Of a DNA stretch of 64,000 nucleotides, positions 9,516 to 18,662 are shown in pieces (positions within the stretch are counted from its first letter, which is position 1; the number at the start of each line of letters is the position of its first letter). The stretch is from NCBI GenBank assembly GCA_963790025.1, contig CAWBMP010000004.1, positions 32,001 through 96,000 of the forward strand, in the 5' to 3' direction. The position numbers and the translations under genes were made by a program. This DNA is from Nitrospirota bacterium (GTDB taxonomy: Bacteria > Nitrospirota > Thermodesulfovibrionia > Thermodesulfovibrionales > Dissulfurispiraceae). The notes below the pieces were generated by a model. That model searched no databases. It saw only the letters and a program-made list of their open reading frames with translations, and had not been told where the DNA came from.

Positions 9516-11144
9516 TTACCCGAGGATCGCCTTCAGGTCGGCGTCAGGGGTTGTGATGGGCATGAGATTAAAGTTCTTCACCAGGACATCCAGCACATTG
9601 GGCGTAAGAAACGCAGGCAGTGACGGCCCGATGCGGATGTTCTTTATCCCAAGATATAAAAGTGTGAGAAGGATTGCCACGGCCTTCTGCTCATACCATG
9701 AAAGCACCATGGAGAGAGGCAGATCATTTACTCCTACGTTAAAGGCCTTGGAAAGCGCTACCGCAATCTGGATTGCGGAATAAGCGTCATTGCACTGTCC
9801 CACGTCAAGCAGCCTCGGAATGCCCCCGATATCACCAAGCTCTTTGTCGAAAAAGCGGAACTTGCCGCACGCAAGTGTCAGCACGATACAATCCTTCGGG
9901 ACCTTTTCAACAAACTCGGTATAGTAGTTCCTTCCGGGTTTTGCGCCATCGCAGCCTGCAACGAGGAAGAAGTGGCGTATCTTCTTGCTTTTAACCGCTT
10001 CGATAACTGTACCCGCTACGCCCATGACTGCATCTCTGGCAAACCCAGTCATGACTGACTTGCCATCTGAATCCTCCGGGAATCCTGACAGCGCCAGCGC
10101 ACGTTCTATCACCGGAGTAAAATCATTATCGGCAATGTGGCTGATGCCAGGCCAGCCCACAAGGCCGGTCGTAAAAATATTGTCCTTGTACGAGTCCCTC
10201 GGCTCCTGCAGACAATTAGTCGTCATCAGTATGGCCCCCGGAAACTTCTCGAATTCCCTGTGCTGGTTCTGCCATGCTGTGCCATAGTGGCCGTAAAAGT
10301 GTGGATACTTCTTCAACTGAGGATAGGCATGCGTAGGAAGCATCTCGCCGTGCGTATAGACGTTGATACCCTTGCCTGCGCTCTGCTTGAGCACGTTTTC
10401 GAGGTCCCTGAGGTCATGTCCCGAAACCAGGACAGCCTTTCCCTTCTTCGCTCCGAGGGGCACCTTTGTTGGAACGGGACTGCCGTAAGTTCCGGTATTT
10501 GCGGCATCAAGGAGTTCCATTGCTTTAAGATTAACTTCACCGCACTTGAGGGCAAGTCCAACCCAGTCATTTAGGCCAAGTCTTTTATTTGTCATTGAAG
10601 CAAGGGCTTCGTGGATAAAGGCGTAAACCGAATCATCACTCTTTCCCAGGATCTGCGCGTGGTCTGCATATGCCGCAACGCCCTTTATTCCGAACAAAAC
10701 GGTATGTTGCAGAGAAAGAATATCCGGGTCAATAGAATCGTCCGACGTTAAACCCGTCTTTTCACCCTGCCGCACCAGACCTTCGAGTGTTGCTTCGGGT
10801 TTGAAGACCGCAACTGCTTCGGAAAAAGCGGCATTCCCCCCGGCAGCTTCAACCTTTTTGGCCAGACCCTCCCTGAGTTCAACGCTCTTTTTTATAAGAG
10901 CGACAAAGCTTTCTGCATTGAAATTAACATTGGTAAGGGTGGAAAAAAGAGCTTTGACCGTAAATTCGTTTACCTCTTTATCGCTCACGCCCACTTTCCT
11001 TCCCTCTGTTGCGTAAAGACCCATTCCCATCAGCGAATACACCAGCAGGTCCTGAAGTGCCGCCACATCGGGCTCTTTTCCGCAAACGCTTATTGACGAA
11101 CAACCCTTTCCCTTTGACGCCTGTTCGCACTGATAACAAAACAT
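9516..11144 (-). CDS. hcp: Hybrid cluster protein (hydroxylamine/NO reductase)
   Basis: MFCYQCEQ...GC...VCGK start (SD ggagga); SGHDL, YTHGEM, AGCDG, LACGK, GQCND, SWYEQKA. Confidence 0.97.
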   Translation of the reverse strand: MFCYQCEQASKGKGCSSISVCGKEPDVAALQDLLVYSLMGMGLYATEGRKVGVSDKEVNEFTVKALFSTLTNVNFNAESFVALIKKSVELREGLAKKVEAAGGNAAFSEAVAVFKPEATLEGLVRQGEKTGLTSDDSIDPDILSLQHTVLFGIKGVAAYADHAQILGKSDDSVYAFIHEALASMTNKRLGLNDWVGLALKCGEVNLKAMELLDAANTGTYGSPVPTKVPLGAKKGKAVLVSGHDLRDLENVLKQSAGKGINVYTHGEMLPTHAYPQLKKYPHFYGHYGTAWQNQHREFEKFPGAILMTTNCLQEPRDSYKDNIFTTGLVGWPGISHIADNDFTPVIERALALSGFPEDSDGKSVMTGFARDAVMGVAGTVIEAVKSKKIRHFFLVAGCDGAKPGRNYYTEFVEKVPKDCIVLTLACGKFRFFDKELGDIGGIPRLLDVGQCNDAYSAIQIAVALSKAFNVGVNDLPLSMVLSWYEQKAVAILLTLLYLGIKNIRIGPSLPAFLTPNVLDVLVKNFNLMPITTPDADLKAILG

Positions 11145-11237
11145 AGTATGCTCCTCCTGTAATAGAATATTTGGCCACAAGCCAATAATTAACTTCAACC
11201 CACCTTTTAAGTTTATCTTTCTGTCCGGGATATGACC

Positions 11238-11251
11238 TTGACTTAGGTCAA
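11238..11251. promoter_or_regulatory. CRP/FNR-family (HcpR-type) operator upstream of hcp
   Basis: TTGAC-ttag-GTCAA palindrome about 95 bp upstream of the hcp ATG. Confidence 0.75.
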
Positions 11252-11262
11252 ATGGGTATTAA

Positions 11263-11315
11263 CAAAAACAAGGGGGACACTTCCCAAAATATGGGAAGTG
11301 TCCCCCTTGTTTTTG
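11263..11315. repeat. Perfect 24-bp-stem palindrome (REP-like; may also terminate the mla operon)
   Basis: caaaaacaagggggacacttccca-aaata-tgggaagtgtcccccttgtttttg. Confidence 0.85.
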
Positions 11316-11328
11316 TGCCCCTATTTTT

Positions 11329-11958
11329 TTAACTTGCCTTGTCGGCGATCATTCCTTCATCCTGCTTGTTCTTCAATCTCTTGACAAGTTCTGCATATGA
11401 GCCTGAGCCTATTATTCTATTGAACTGGTTTCTATAATTATTTACCAGGCTCACTCCCTCTATTACAACGTCGTAGACGCCCCACCTGCCGTTCTTCTTT
11501 TCCATCTTGTACGCAACCGGCACATCCATATTCTTACTCGTAATAATAATCTTTGTCTTGACTACGGCATAATCGGCGTCGCTTGTCTCTTCTGCGTACA
11601 TTACTTTGTAATCAGAATAGCTCTCGACTTTTTTGACATAGGTACGTTCCAGAAGGTCCGTGTATAATGCAACAAACTCTTTCTTTTCTTCGGGGGTCCT
11701 CTGGTTCCAATACCTGGCTAGAGAACGTTTTGCCATCTCTTCGAAATCGAAACGTTCGCTTACCACCTTGCGCATGAGCGCCCTGCGCTCTTTTGTTTTT
11801 TCAGGTTTGCGCAGTTCCTTGTTCTTCAGGATATCGATCACTTTGTCCGTTGTCTGCTTTGCCAGATCGGTAGGCTCTCCTGCATGGGCAAACGCAGCCA
11901 TCAAAAATACGATAAGGCATGTTGCAAAAAATAAATTCAACAAACTTCTCTGCTTCAT
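11329..11958 (-). CDS. mlaC: MlaC/Ttg2D phospholipid-binding periplasmic protein
   Basis: FDFEEMAKRSL, YDVVIEGVSLVNNYRNQF; start at MKQRS after SD ggagga. Confidence 0.92.
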   Translation of the reverse strand: MKQRSLLNLFFATCLIVFLMAAFAHAGEPTDLAKQTTDKVIDILKNKELRKPEKTKERRALMRKVVSERFDFEEMAKRSLARYWNQRTPEEKKEFVALYTDLLERTYVKKVESYSDYKVMYAEETSDADYAVVKTKIIITSKNMDVPVAYKMEKKNGRWGVYDVVIEGVSLVNNYRNQFNRIIGSGSYAELVKRLKNKQDEGMIADKAS

Positions 11959-12012
11959 TACAACTCCTCCTGATTCAGCGTGCTGCATGCAGCGAACACT
12001 ATAACACGTCGT

Positions 12013-12456
12013 TTATACTTTCCCATAGATGTATTTTGATATGACTTCTTCGAGATCGATGGGGGCCTCCGTCTCCCTTATTTTCCCGCCATTAACCAGC
12101 ACATTGTCAGATCCGCCCGGCGATATCTCTACATACTTTTCACCAATAAGACCCTTGGTCTTTATTGATGCAATGGCATCTTCCTGTATTTTGACCCTGC
12201 TATTAATAAAAAGTTCGAGCATTGCCTGATAATTCTTGTCCAGGCGAATGTTCTTGACCTTTCCCACCTCAACCCCGGCAATCTCGACCGCGGCTCCCGC
12301 CTTTAGACCGCCCGCCTTCGAGAATTCCGCATACAGCGCATACCCGCCGCCGCCTATTACTTCCAGCTTTCCCAGCTTTATGGAAATAAATGCAAGAGCA
12401 CAAATGCCAAGCAGCAGGAAAAACCCCGCGGACAGTTCAGCATCAAACTTTCTCAT
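12013..12456 (-). CDS. mlaD: MlaD MCE-domain protein
   Basis: GGLKAGAAVEIAGVEVGKV, TKGLIGEKYV. Confidence 0.93.
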   Translation of the reverse strand: MRKFDAELSAGFFLLLGICALAFISIKLGKLEVIGGGGYALYAEFSKAGGLKAGAAVEIAGVEVGKVKNIRLDKNYQAMLELFINSRVKIQEDAIASIKTKGLIGEKYVEISPGGSDNVLVNGGKIRETEAPIDLEEVISKYIYGKV

Positions 12457-12481
12457 TGCCAGCCTCCCTTTATTTTAACCT

Positions 12482-13237
12482 TCAGTATTCTTTTAAGCAT
12501 TCTATTGGTTCATCCTTACATGTACTGACAAACTGCCTCACAGCCGGTTCCTGGTTTCTCTTTATCTCATCAGGCGTGCCCGTTGCTATAATACGTCCTC
12601 CAAAGAGCATGGCCACCCTATCGGCAACATCAAATATTTCCGGGATCTCATGGCTTATTATTACTCCAGTAAACCCGTATTTCTTATGTGTATTAACAAT
12701 AAGCCTGTGAATGGAAGTCAAAATAATAGGGTCAAGGCCGGTCGTAGGCTCGTCAAAAAAGATAGTGGTCGGCCCTATGATCAGTGCCCGCGCGAGGGCC
12801 ACTCGCCGCTTCATGCCGCCGCTTATTTCAGAGGGGTACTTTTCATCGATCCCCTTAAGGCCTACATCCTCAAGTGCGCTTTTCCCCCTATCGAGAATTT
12901 CCTTTTCATTGTAATCCGTCTTTTCCCTTAACGGGAACACGACGTTCTCAAATACGGTCATAGAATCAAAGAGCGCACTGCCCTGAAATACGATACCGAA
13001 CTTTTCCCGTACTTTGTCGAGTTCCGCTTTGTTCATTTTAAATATATCGGCGCCTTCTACCAGTATGCTCCCTTTATCGGGCTTAATTAGCCCTATCAGG
13101 TGTCTCAGGAGCACTGTTTTGCCTCCGCCGCTTTCGCCGATTATGGCTATTACCTCCCTGTCGGCAATGCTCAGGTTTACCCCCCGCAGTACCTTTTGTC
13201 CGTTAAAAGATTTTTCGAGTCCGACAATTTCAATCAT
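12482..13237 (-). CDS. mlaF: MlaF ABC ATPase
   Basis: GESGGGKT, ISGGMKRRVALARAL, DEPTTGLDP. Confidence 0.93.
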   Translation of the reverse strand: MIEIVGLEKSFNGQKVLRGVNLSIADREVIAIIGESGGGKTVLLRHLIGLIKPDKGSILVEGADIFKMNKAELDKVREKFGIVFQGSALFDSMTVFENVVFPLREKTDYNEKEILDRGKSALEDVGLKGIDEKYPSEISGGMKRRVALARALIIGPTTIFFDEPTTGLDPIILTSIHRLIVNTHKKYGFTGVIISHEIPEIFDVADRVAMLFGGRIIATGTPDEIKRNQEPAVRQFVSTCKDEPIECLKEY

Positions 13238-13249
13238 TGTGTTTTTCCT

Positions 13250-14029
13250 TTACAACAAAACAGAACCGATGAAATAATCCCATATGAGAATCAGTACCGA
13301 GGACATAACTACCGCCTCTGTTGTCGCCGCGCTCACTCCCTCCGCGCCGTAACCGGTCTCATTGGTATAGAAGCCTTTATAACAGCATACCCAGGACACG
13401 ATTATTCCGAAACTTACCGATTTATAAATACCCATTCTTATATCAGACATGTCTACAAAATGTTCCATCTGGGAGAAATAGGTCCCTGAACTAATGCCGA
13501 GCAGCTTGACTCCTACAATGTATCCTCCGAATATTCCGATCAAATCATATACAGCGGCAAGAAGGGGGAATGCCATGATGGCAGCGACAAGGTTTGGTAC
13601 GCTCAGGTATCTGAGCGGATTCAGCGCCATAGTCGTCAATACGTCGATCTGTTCGGATATTCTCATAATGCCTATTTCTGCTGTCAGTGAAGAGCCCGCC
13701 CTGCCGGCGACCATTAATGCTGAAAGCACCGGTCCCAATTCCCGTATAAGAGCAAGGGCCACAGCAGGACCCAGCAATGCATCGGAACCGAATTTCCTGA
13801 GAGTGTAATAAAGCTGAATAGCAAGGACCATACCGGTGAAAGCTCCAGTCAGAAGTATGACTACTAAAGATCTTGTGCCGAAAAACCTGATCTGACGCCA
13901 AAGATAGCGAAACTTGAAAGGAGGCGCAAATATAAGATAAAAGGATTCGGCCAGGAAAATAACCATTCTTCCCATAGTCCGCACGGTAGCCAATCCCCAG
14001 GCGCCCAATTTCCTGATAATTTTCTCCAT
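13250..14029 (-). CDS. mlaE: MlaE permease
   Basis: RELGPVLSALMVAGRAGS, EQID, GAEGVSAATT. Confidence 0.94.
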   Translation of the reverse strand: MEKIIRKLGAWGLATVRTMGRMVIFLAESFYLIFAPPFKFRYLWRQIRFFGTRSLVVILLTGAFTGMVLAIQLYYTLRKFGSDALLGPAVALALIRELGPVLSALMVAGRAGSSLTAEIGIMRISEQIDVLTTMALNPLRYLSVPNLVAAIMAFPLLAAVYDLIGIFGGYIVGVKLLGISSGTYFSQMEHFVDMSDIRMGIYKSVSFGIIVSWVCCYKGFYTNETGYGAEGVSAATTEAVVMSSVLILIWDYFIGSVLL

Positions 14030-14179
14030 TAGTCCTTCTCACCGAGCACTCAAATCGCTTATGAGTTGCGTATTGAGTGCTCAGTAACTTAATTAATAAC
14101 CTCTCCGGATATTTTCGCCCAAGCTACAAGTCGCCAGAAAACCATAGAACAAATATTATAATAGCTATGAGATTATTTG

Positions 14180-15481
14180 TCACGTCTTATTGTATGCTTT
14201 AACTCCAAGCTTCAGCGCTTGCACCTCCCCTGCATCGTACCCTGAATACAGAAAACTGAAAACGGTGTTGTTGGTAAGCAGCGGGTCCAGTGCATCATCG
14301 ATTATGGAATTTTGCACCAGTTCGTTCCATGCCCGCGTACCTCTAACAGGCGAGAATTCTGCGAGGTATATCCTGACAGCAAGGGACTGCAGAAACCCTA
14401 CGCCCTCCTTGACTTCAGACCATTGCTGTCCCGGCAGCCCGTACATAAGGTAAACACCCAGTTCATTTTTTGTAAAACCGTATTTTTTAAGCAGCGCTAC
14501 CGCCTTTATCAGATCGCTGTTGGTCACTTTGGCCCCGGTATTTTCCTGCCTTTCCCTGTTTGTTGTCTCAAGGCCCAATCTTATGGTCCTAAAACCAGCA
14601 CGCCTCATCAAGAATGCAACCTCTTCATCAACAAAACGCGCGTGAAGTCCGTTCGGCGCATGAAATCTCACGGAGAGCCCTGAAGATGCAATACCCTCCA
14701 GTATTGGCTTGATATGATTGTCGGCGTCATATAGGAGGGCATCGTCATAAAAAGCACAATCCCGGATACCCTGATTGTATAGCCCTGATATTTCCGTCAA
14801 TACCTCGTCGGGCGGACGCCTCCGGAACTTTGCGCCGGACAGGAGTTCAGATGCGCAATAGGCACACCGGAAAGGACAGCCACTCGAGGTCTGGAGAGGT
14901 GCAAAAGGGTAATCGGAGTAGAAATTGAGACTGTAATGAGGTACCGCCTTGTCTTTCTTTTTGAGCTTAAAGCCGAAGGTGGCGAGGGCAAAATTAAGGT
15001 TTTCGGCCCGTGGTCCCCTGAAGATGAAATCGGCACCGGAGGTATTTACAGCATGTTCATGATAGAGAGTAGCATAAATTCCGCCAAGAATGACGGGTAC
15101 TTCACCAGCCAACTCCCTTATCATAGCCACGGCTTTTTGCACGCCGGGATACCAGTAGCTCATAAGTGAGGTAATCATGACAGCGTCAAAAGGCATTGCG
15201 GCCTTTACCCGCCGGGCAAATTCGTCGGTGCCGATGCCGTACCGCTTGAATTTTCTCGGTACCGCTTCGAGCAGCGCCGGCTTCTTTACCTCTTCGGCAC
15301 GGTATTTCCCGGGGCCGAAACGTCCTGCTGTACAGGAATCGGTGCAATCTATGAATAAGAGCTCTGCATCGAAAGAGCTTAGATATTCGGCCACCCTCAA
15401 CAGGCCGAGCGGTCTCGCCCACAGGTTAAAAGCCGCAAAATCATATATCCATGGATTAATAAGGAGTATTCTCAGACGCAT
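14180..15481 (-). CDS. B12-binding-domain radical SAM protein
   Basis: LINPWIYDFAA...PLGLL, LGGIYATL, GCPFRCAYC. Confidence 0.9.
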   Translation of the reverse strand: MRLRILLINPWIYDFAAFNLWARPLGLLRVAEYLSSFDAELLFIDCTDSCTAGRFGPGKYRAEEVKKPALLEAVPRKFKRYGIGTDEFARRVKAAMPFDAVMITSLMSYWYPGVQKAVAMIRELAGEVPVILGGIYATLYHEHAVNTSGADFIFRGPRAENLNFALATFGFKLKKKDKAVPHYSLNFYSDYPFAPLQTSSGCPFRCAYCASELLSGAKFRRRPPDEVLTEISGLYNQGIRDCAFYDDALLYDADNHIKPILEGIASSGLSVRFHAPNGLHARFVDEEVAFLMRRAGFRTIRLGLETTNRERQENTGAKVTNSDLIKAVALLKKYGFTKNELGVYLMYGLPGQQWSEVKEGVGFLQSLAVRIYLAEFSPVRGTRAWNELVQNSIIDDALDPLLTNNTVFSFLYSGYDAGEVQALKLGVKAYNKT

Positions 15482-15513
15482 AATATCACGACCTGTTACA
15501 ACTATTCAGACAC

Positions 15514-15693
15514 TGTAATGAAGGATATGTCTCTGAAGCGAATCGCGGAGCTTTGGCAACTGTTCCTGGCGAAATGAGCGTCAAACAGCCGCAATGTTTG
15601 AGCCCGAAAGGCGAGTTTTGCGGCTGCAGCGATTGGACCTTTAGAATAGTCAAAGCGCAGCGTCTGAGCGTAAGAGACATTTACTTCATCACA
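15514..15693 (+). repeat. Rod-like structured repeat/MITE-like element, copy 1
   Basis: Nested inverted repeats around cagccgcaa-tgtttga-gcccgaaaggc-gagtt-ttgcggctg; termini shared with 38168-38226. Confidence 0.75.
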
Positions 15694-15750
15694 CTGTCAT
15701 TTGTAAGATAACTTCCGTACAGTTTATAGTAAACAATCGGGACATGGCAA

Positions 15751-16602
15751 ATGGGATATTACGAATTCACTATTACATTGGCGGATGAATCACGAGATGC
15801 TCTTATGCAGAGGCTTACAGGATACGGCTGTCTGGGATTCATCGAGCACGAAAAGAACATCGTCGCATATTTTAACGATGTTACCGGTATCAGAAACATC
15901 CTCCGCGAGTTGTCGGTGTGCCGAACAATTCTCAAGAATGCCGGACTTGAACACAAACTATCTTTCGATTACGTTTTCATTTCTGAGCGTGACTGGAACG
16001 AGTCATGGAAAAAGAAATTCGAGCCAATCGATGTTGGAGAACGCTTCTCCGTCCTTCCGCCCTGGGAAGTACCGAAAAAAGACCGCATCAACCTGATCAT
16101 AGATCCGGGAATGGCCTTCGGCACCGGACATCATGAGACGACGAAAACCTGTCTCAAGCTTGTCGAACGCTTCTCCGGCAATTGTGCCAAAAACAGTTTC
16201 CTCGATGTCGGCACCGGCACAGGCATTCTTGCGATAGCCGCATCGCTGCTCGGTTTTCACCGCGTAGTAGGCGTGGACATCGATCCCCTTGCAGTAGATG
16301 CCGCCCGGAGGAATACCGGTCTCAATAACCTGAAAAATATTACGATTCATGAAGAGACGGCCGGGCCCGTACTGGGCACTTTCGATTTCATTGCTGCCAA
16401 CCTGATGTCCGAAATACTCATCGGGATAGCCCCGGACCTGGCCCCCTGCTTACGTAAAGGAGGCATTGCCTTACTGTCCGGTATGCTGGTCAGTCAGGAA
16501 GACGGAGTGATTACAGCCATGGAGCAGCAGGAACTTGAATTCCTGGAAAAATATGTCGACGGCCGCTGGGTATCGGTGCTGATGGTGCGCGCTACTGTCT
16601 AA
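15751..16602 (+). CDS. prmA: Ribosomal protein L11 methyltransferase
   Basis: DWNESWK, IDPGMAFGTGHHETT, LDVGTGTGILAI. Confidence 0.95.
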   Translation: MGYYEFTITLADESRDALMQRLTGYGCLGFIEHEKNIVAYFNDVTGIRNILRELSVCRTILKNAGLEHKLSFDYVFISERDWNESWKKKFEPIDVGERFSVLPPWEVPKKDRINLIIDPGMAFGTGHHETTKTCLKLVERFSGNCAKNSFLDVGTGTGILAIAASLLGFHRVVGVDIDPLAVDAARRNTGLNNLKNITIHEETAGPVLGTFDFIAANLMSEILIGIAPDLAPCLRKGGIALLSGMLVSQEDGVITAMEQQELEFLEKYVDGRWVSVLMVRATV

Positions 16603-16721
16603 TTCTGCGTCGCTATATGTTTGTGCAGACCTTCAACGATGATTTCCAAATCTGACTCGTCCAAGCAGGGGTAAAGGGGGCTTTGACGCACGATTTCAAG
16701 CAACTCCGTTTTGGTAATCAT
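16599..16721 (-). CDS. 40-aa small protein, tandem paralogue B (not in ORF track)
   Basis: MITKTELLEIVRQSPLYPCLDESDLEIIVEGLHKHIATQN*; ggatggtga SD-like sequence upstream. Confidence 0.55.
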   Translation of the reverse strand: MITKTELLEIVRQSPLYPCLDESDLEIIVEGLHKHIATQN

Positions 16722-16727
16722 AGATTC

Positions 16728-16841
16728 TCACCATCCTTGGTAATATTCGCTTTCAACGATGATTTCCAAGTCCGACTCATCAATCCCGGAATAAAAGAGA
16801 CTTTCACGCAGGATTTCAAGTAATTCCGTTTTGGTAAACAT
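16728..16841 (-). CDS. 37-aa small protein, tandem paralogue A (not in ORF track)
   Basis: MFTKTELLEILRESLFYSGIDESDLEIIVESEYYQGW*; gatggtga upstream; 120-bp period with copy B. Confidence 0.55.
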   Translation of the reverse strand: MFTKTELLEILRESLFYSGIDESDLEIIVESEYYQGW

Positions 16842-16955
16842 AACATATCACCATCATTGGCAATATTATTATCGGGGAATATAGGAAACAGTTTAATTTC
16901 ACTTCTCACCGGAAAAAGGTGTCAATACAGATAGAGGGGCGATTGATGATTGCAC

Positions 16956-18053
16956 TCAGACGTTGAACCTGAAATTGATGATGTCCCCGTCTTTTACTTC
17001 ATATGTTTTGCCTTCCAGCCTGAGGTGTCCCTTATCCCTCGCAGCCGCCATTCCACCGTCGGCAATAAAGTCGTCATAACTTACCAGTTCCGCACGAATA
17101 AAGCCGCGCTCTATGTCGGAATGTATCTTCCCCGCGGCCTTCTGCGCCTCGGTGCCTTTTGATATGGTCCACGCCCTCACCTCATCCTCCCCGGCAGTAA
17201 GAAACGAAATAAGACCCAACAGATTGTAGCTGACCTTTATGAGCTTGTTAAGGGCCGGTTCCTCTATCCCCAGGTCATCCAGAAAGGCTTTCGCTTCATC
17301 GGCTGAAAGCTGCGCTATCTCCATCTCTATTTTTCCGCATAGCGTTGCCGCCTTAGTTGTTTCGGCAATGCCCTTTTCGGTTACATATTGCTCTACTGCC
17401 GACTGCAGTGTGTTTGCCTTGCCGCTGTTCAAATCACTTTCAGCCGTGTTTATCACAATGACTTCCGGTTTCGTCGTAATGAACTGAAGAGGCCTCATCA
17501 ATTTTTGCTCCTCCTCGTCAAAACGGATGTTCCTTAGGGGGACCTCCTTTTCAAGGGCATCCTTGCATTTCAAGAGAAGCTTCTTTTCGGCCTCGTTAGG
17601 TTTTTTTCCCTTTTTCACGCCCTCTTCCATGCGTTCAAGTCTTTTATCCACAAATTCAAGGTCCCCGAACACAAACTCAAGTTCCAGCGTCTCTATGTCT
17701 CTGAGAGGATTCACTTCATTCATAGGATGCGAAACGGAATCATCTTCAAAAGCCCTGACAACATGAACAATGGCATCCACATCCTTGATAAGGTCGAAGA
17801 CCTTCCTGTTCTGTGCCACATCACCTTTGGTAAGGCCAATATAGTCGATATATTCAACGGTAGCGTAAGTGACTTTCTTTGGTTTGTAGATTTCGGCAAG
17901 TCTGTTGATCCTGTAATCAGGGACTTTGACTACTCCGAAATTAGGTTCGCCGCTGATTGTGGGATAGATGGTGGTATCGAGGCTCTGCCCGGTGAGAGCA
18001 TTAAAAACTGTGGTCTTTCCCGCATTCGAGAGCCCTATAATCGCCAGTTTCAC
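16956..18053 (-). CDS. ychF: Redox-regulated ATPase YchF
   Basis: GLSNAGKTT, EVRAW, AAGKIHSDIERGFIRAE, DGDIINFRFNV. Confidence 0.96.
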   Translation of the reverse strand: MKLAIIGLSNAGKTTVFNALTGQSLDTTIYPTISGEPNFGVVKVPDYRINRLAEIYKPKKVTYATVEYIDYIGLTKGDVAQNRKVFDLIKDVDAIVHVVRAFEDDSVSHPMNEVNPLRDIETLELEFVFGDLEFVDKRLERMEEGVKKGKKPNEAEKKLLLKCKDALEKEVPLRNIRFDEEEQKLMRPLQFITTKPEVIVINTAESDLNSGKANTLQSAVEQYVTEKGIAETTKAATLCGKIEMEIAQLSADEAKAFLDDLGIEEPALNKLIKVSYNLLGLISFLTAGEDEVRAWTISKGTEAQKAAGKIHSDIERGFIRAELVSYDDFIADGGMAAARDKGHLRLEGKTYEVKDGDIINFRFNV

Positions 18054-18092
18054 AGTATCTCCGGTAAATCAGTAATGAGTATAATCCTACAC

Positions 18093-18662
18093 TCATCCAC
18101 CAATGTTGGGGCATTTGACGGCTTCAAAAGCATACAGGATTCTTTTCTCCTTCTCGACCTTCTCTGAAAGACATATTTTGAAATCAGTTTCTCCCGGCAG
18201 ACGTTCTGCCTCGGACTTTGACGGAATAGCATCGAGACCCTGGGCGTATACCGTACCGTCGGCCGCATTAAGCATTTTTGCATGCTCGCCGTCCGTGATT
18301 ACTGCGTAGGGAATAAGACATTGATCGGCAATGCGGCAAAAAGCCACTGAGTGCCGCTCCCAGGATTCCATTGAACTCGCCACACATTTTACAGTGAAAA
18401 GGCGCTTTCCCTGTATCTTAACAATAATATCGGCGCGGACAGTGAAAGAGCATTCCGTCAATTTAACGCTGAAGTCCCGATTAATCTCCAGGTCACCCTC
18501 GTCATAGCCCTTCCGGAAAATCAGGAATTCAACCATTTTCTTTTGTATCTGGGTAAGCTGCAGGCCGGTGATGTATTCTTCCATTTGCACTTTTTTTGCC
18601 AGCAGCGATGCCCTTTCCTCGGGGCTTTCCGGTGCTTTACCCAGCGGGATATAGTCAGGCAT
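18093..18662 (-). CDS. HsdR N-terminal-like (PD-(D/E)XK fold) protein
   Basis: LIFRKGY...ADIIV...TVKC...PYAVITDG pattern. Confidence 0.6.
   Translation of the reverse strand: MPDYIPLGKAPESPEERASLLAKKVQMEEYITGLQLTQIQKKMVEFLIFRKGYDEGDLEINRDFSVKLTECSFTVRADIIVKIQGKRLFTVKCVASSMESWERHSVAFCRIADQCLIPYAVITDGEHAKMLNAADGTVYAQGLDAIPSKSEAERLPGETDFKICLSEKVEKEKRILYAFEAVKCPNIGG

Noticed and set aside
14043..14083. Hairpin gagcactcaa/ttgagtgctc upstream of mlaE as a member of the micro-repeat family
   Set aside because: Too short and degenerate, with unclear arm polarity.
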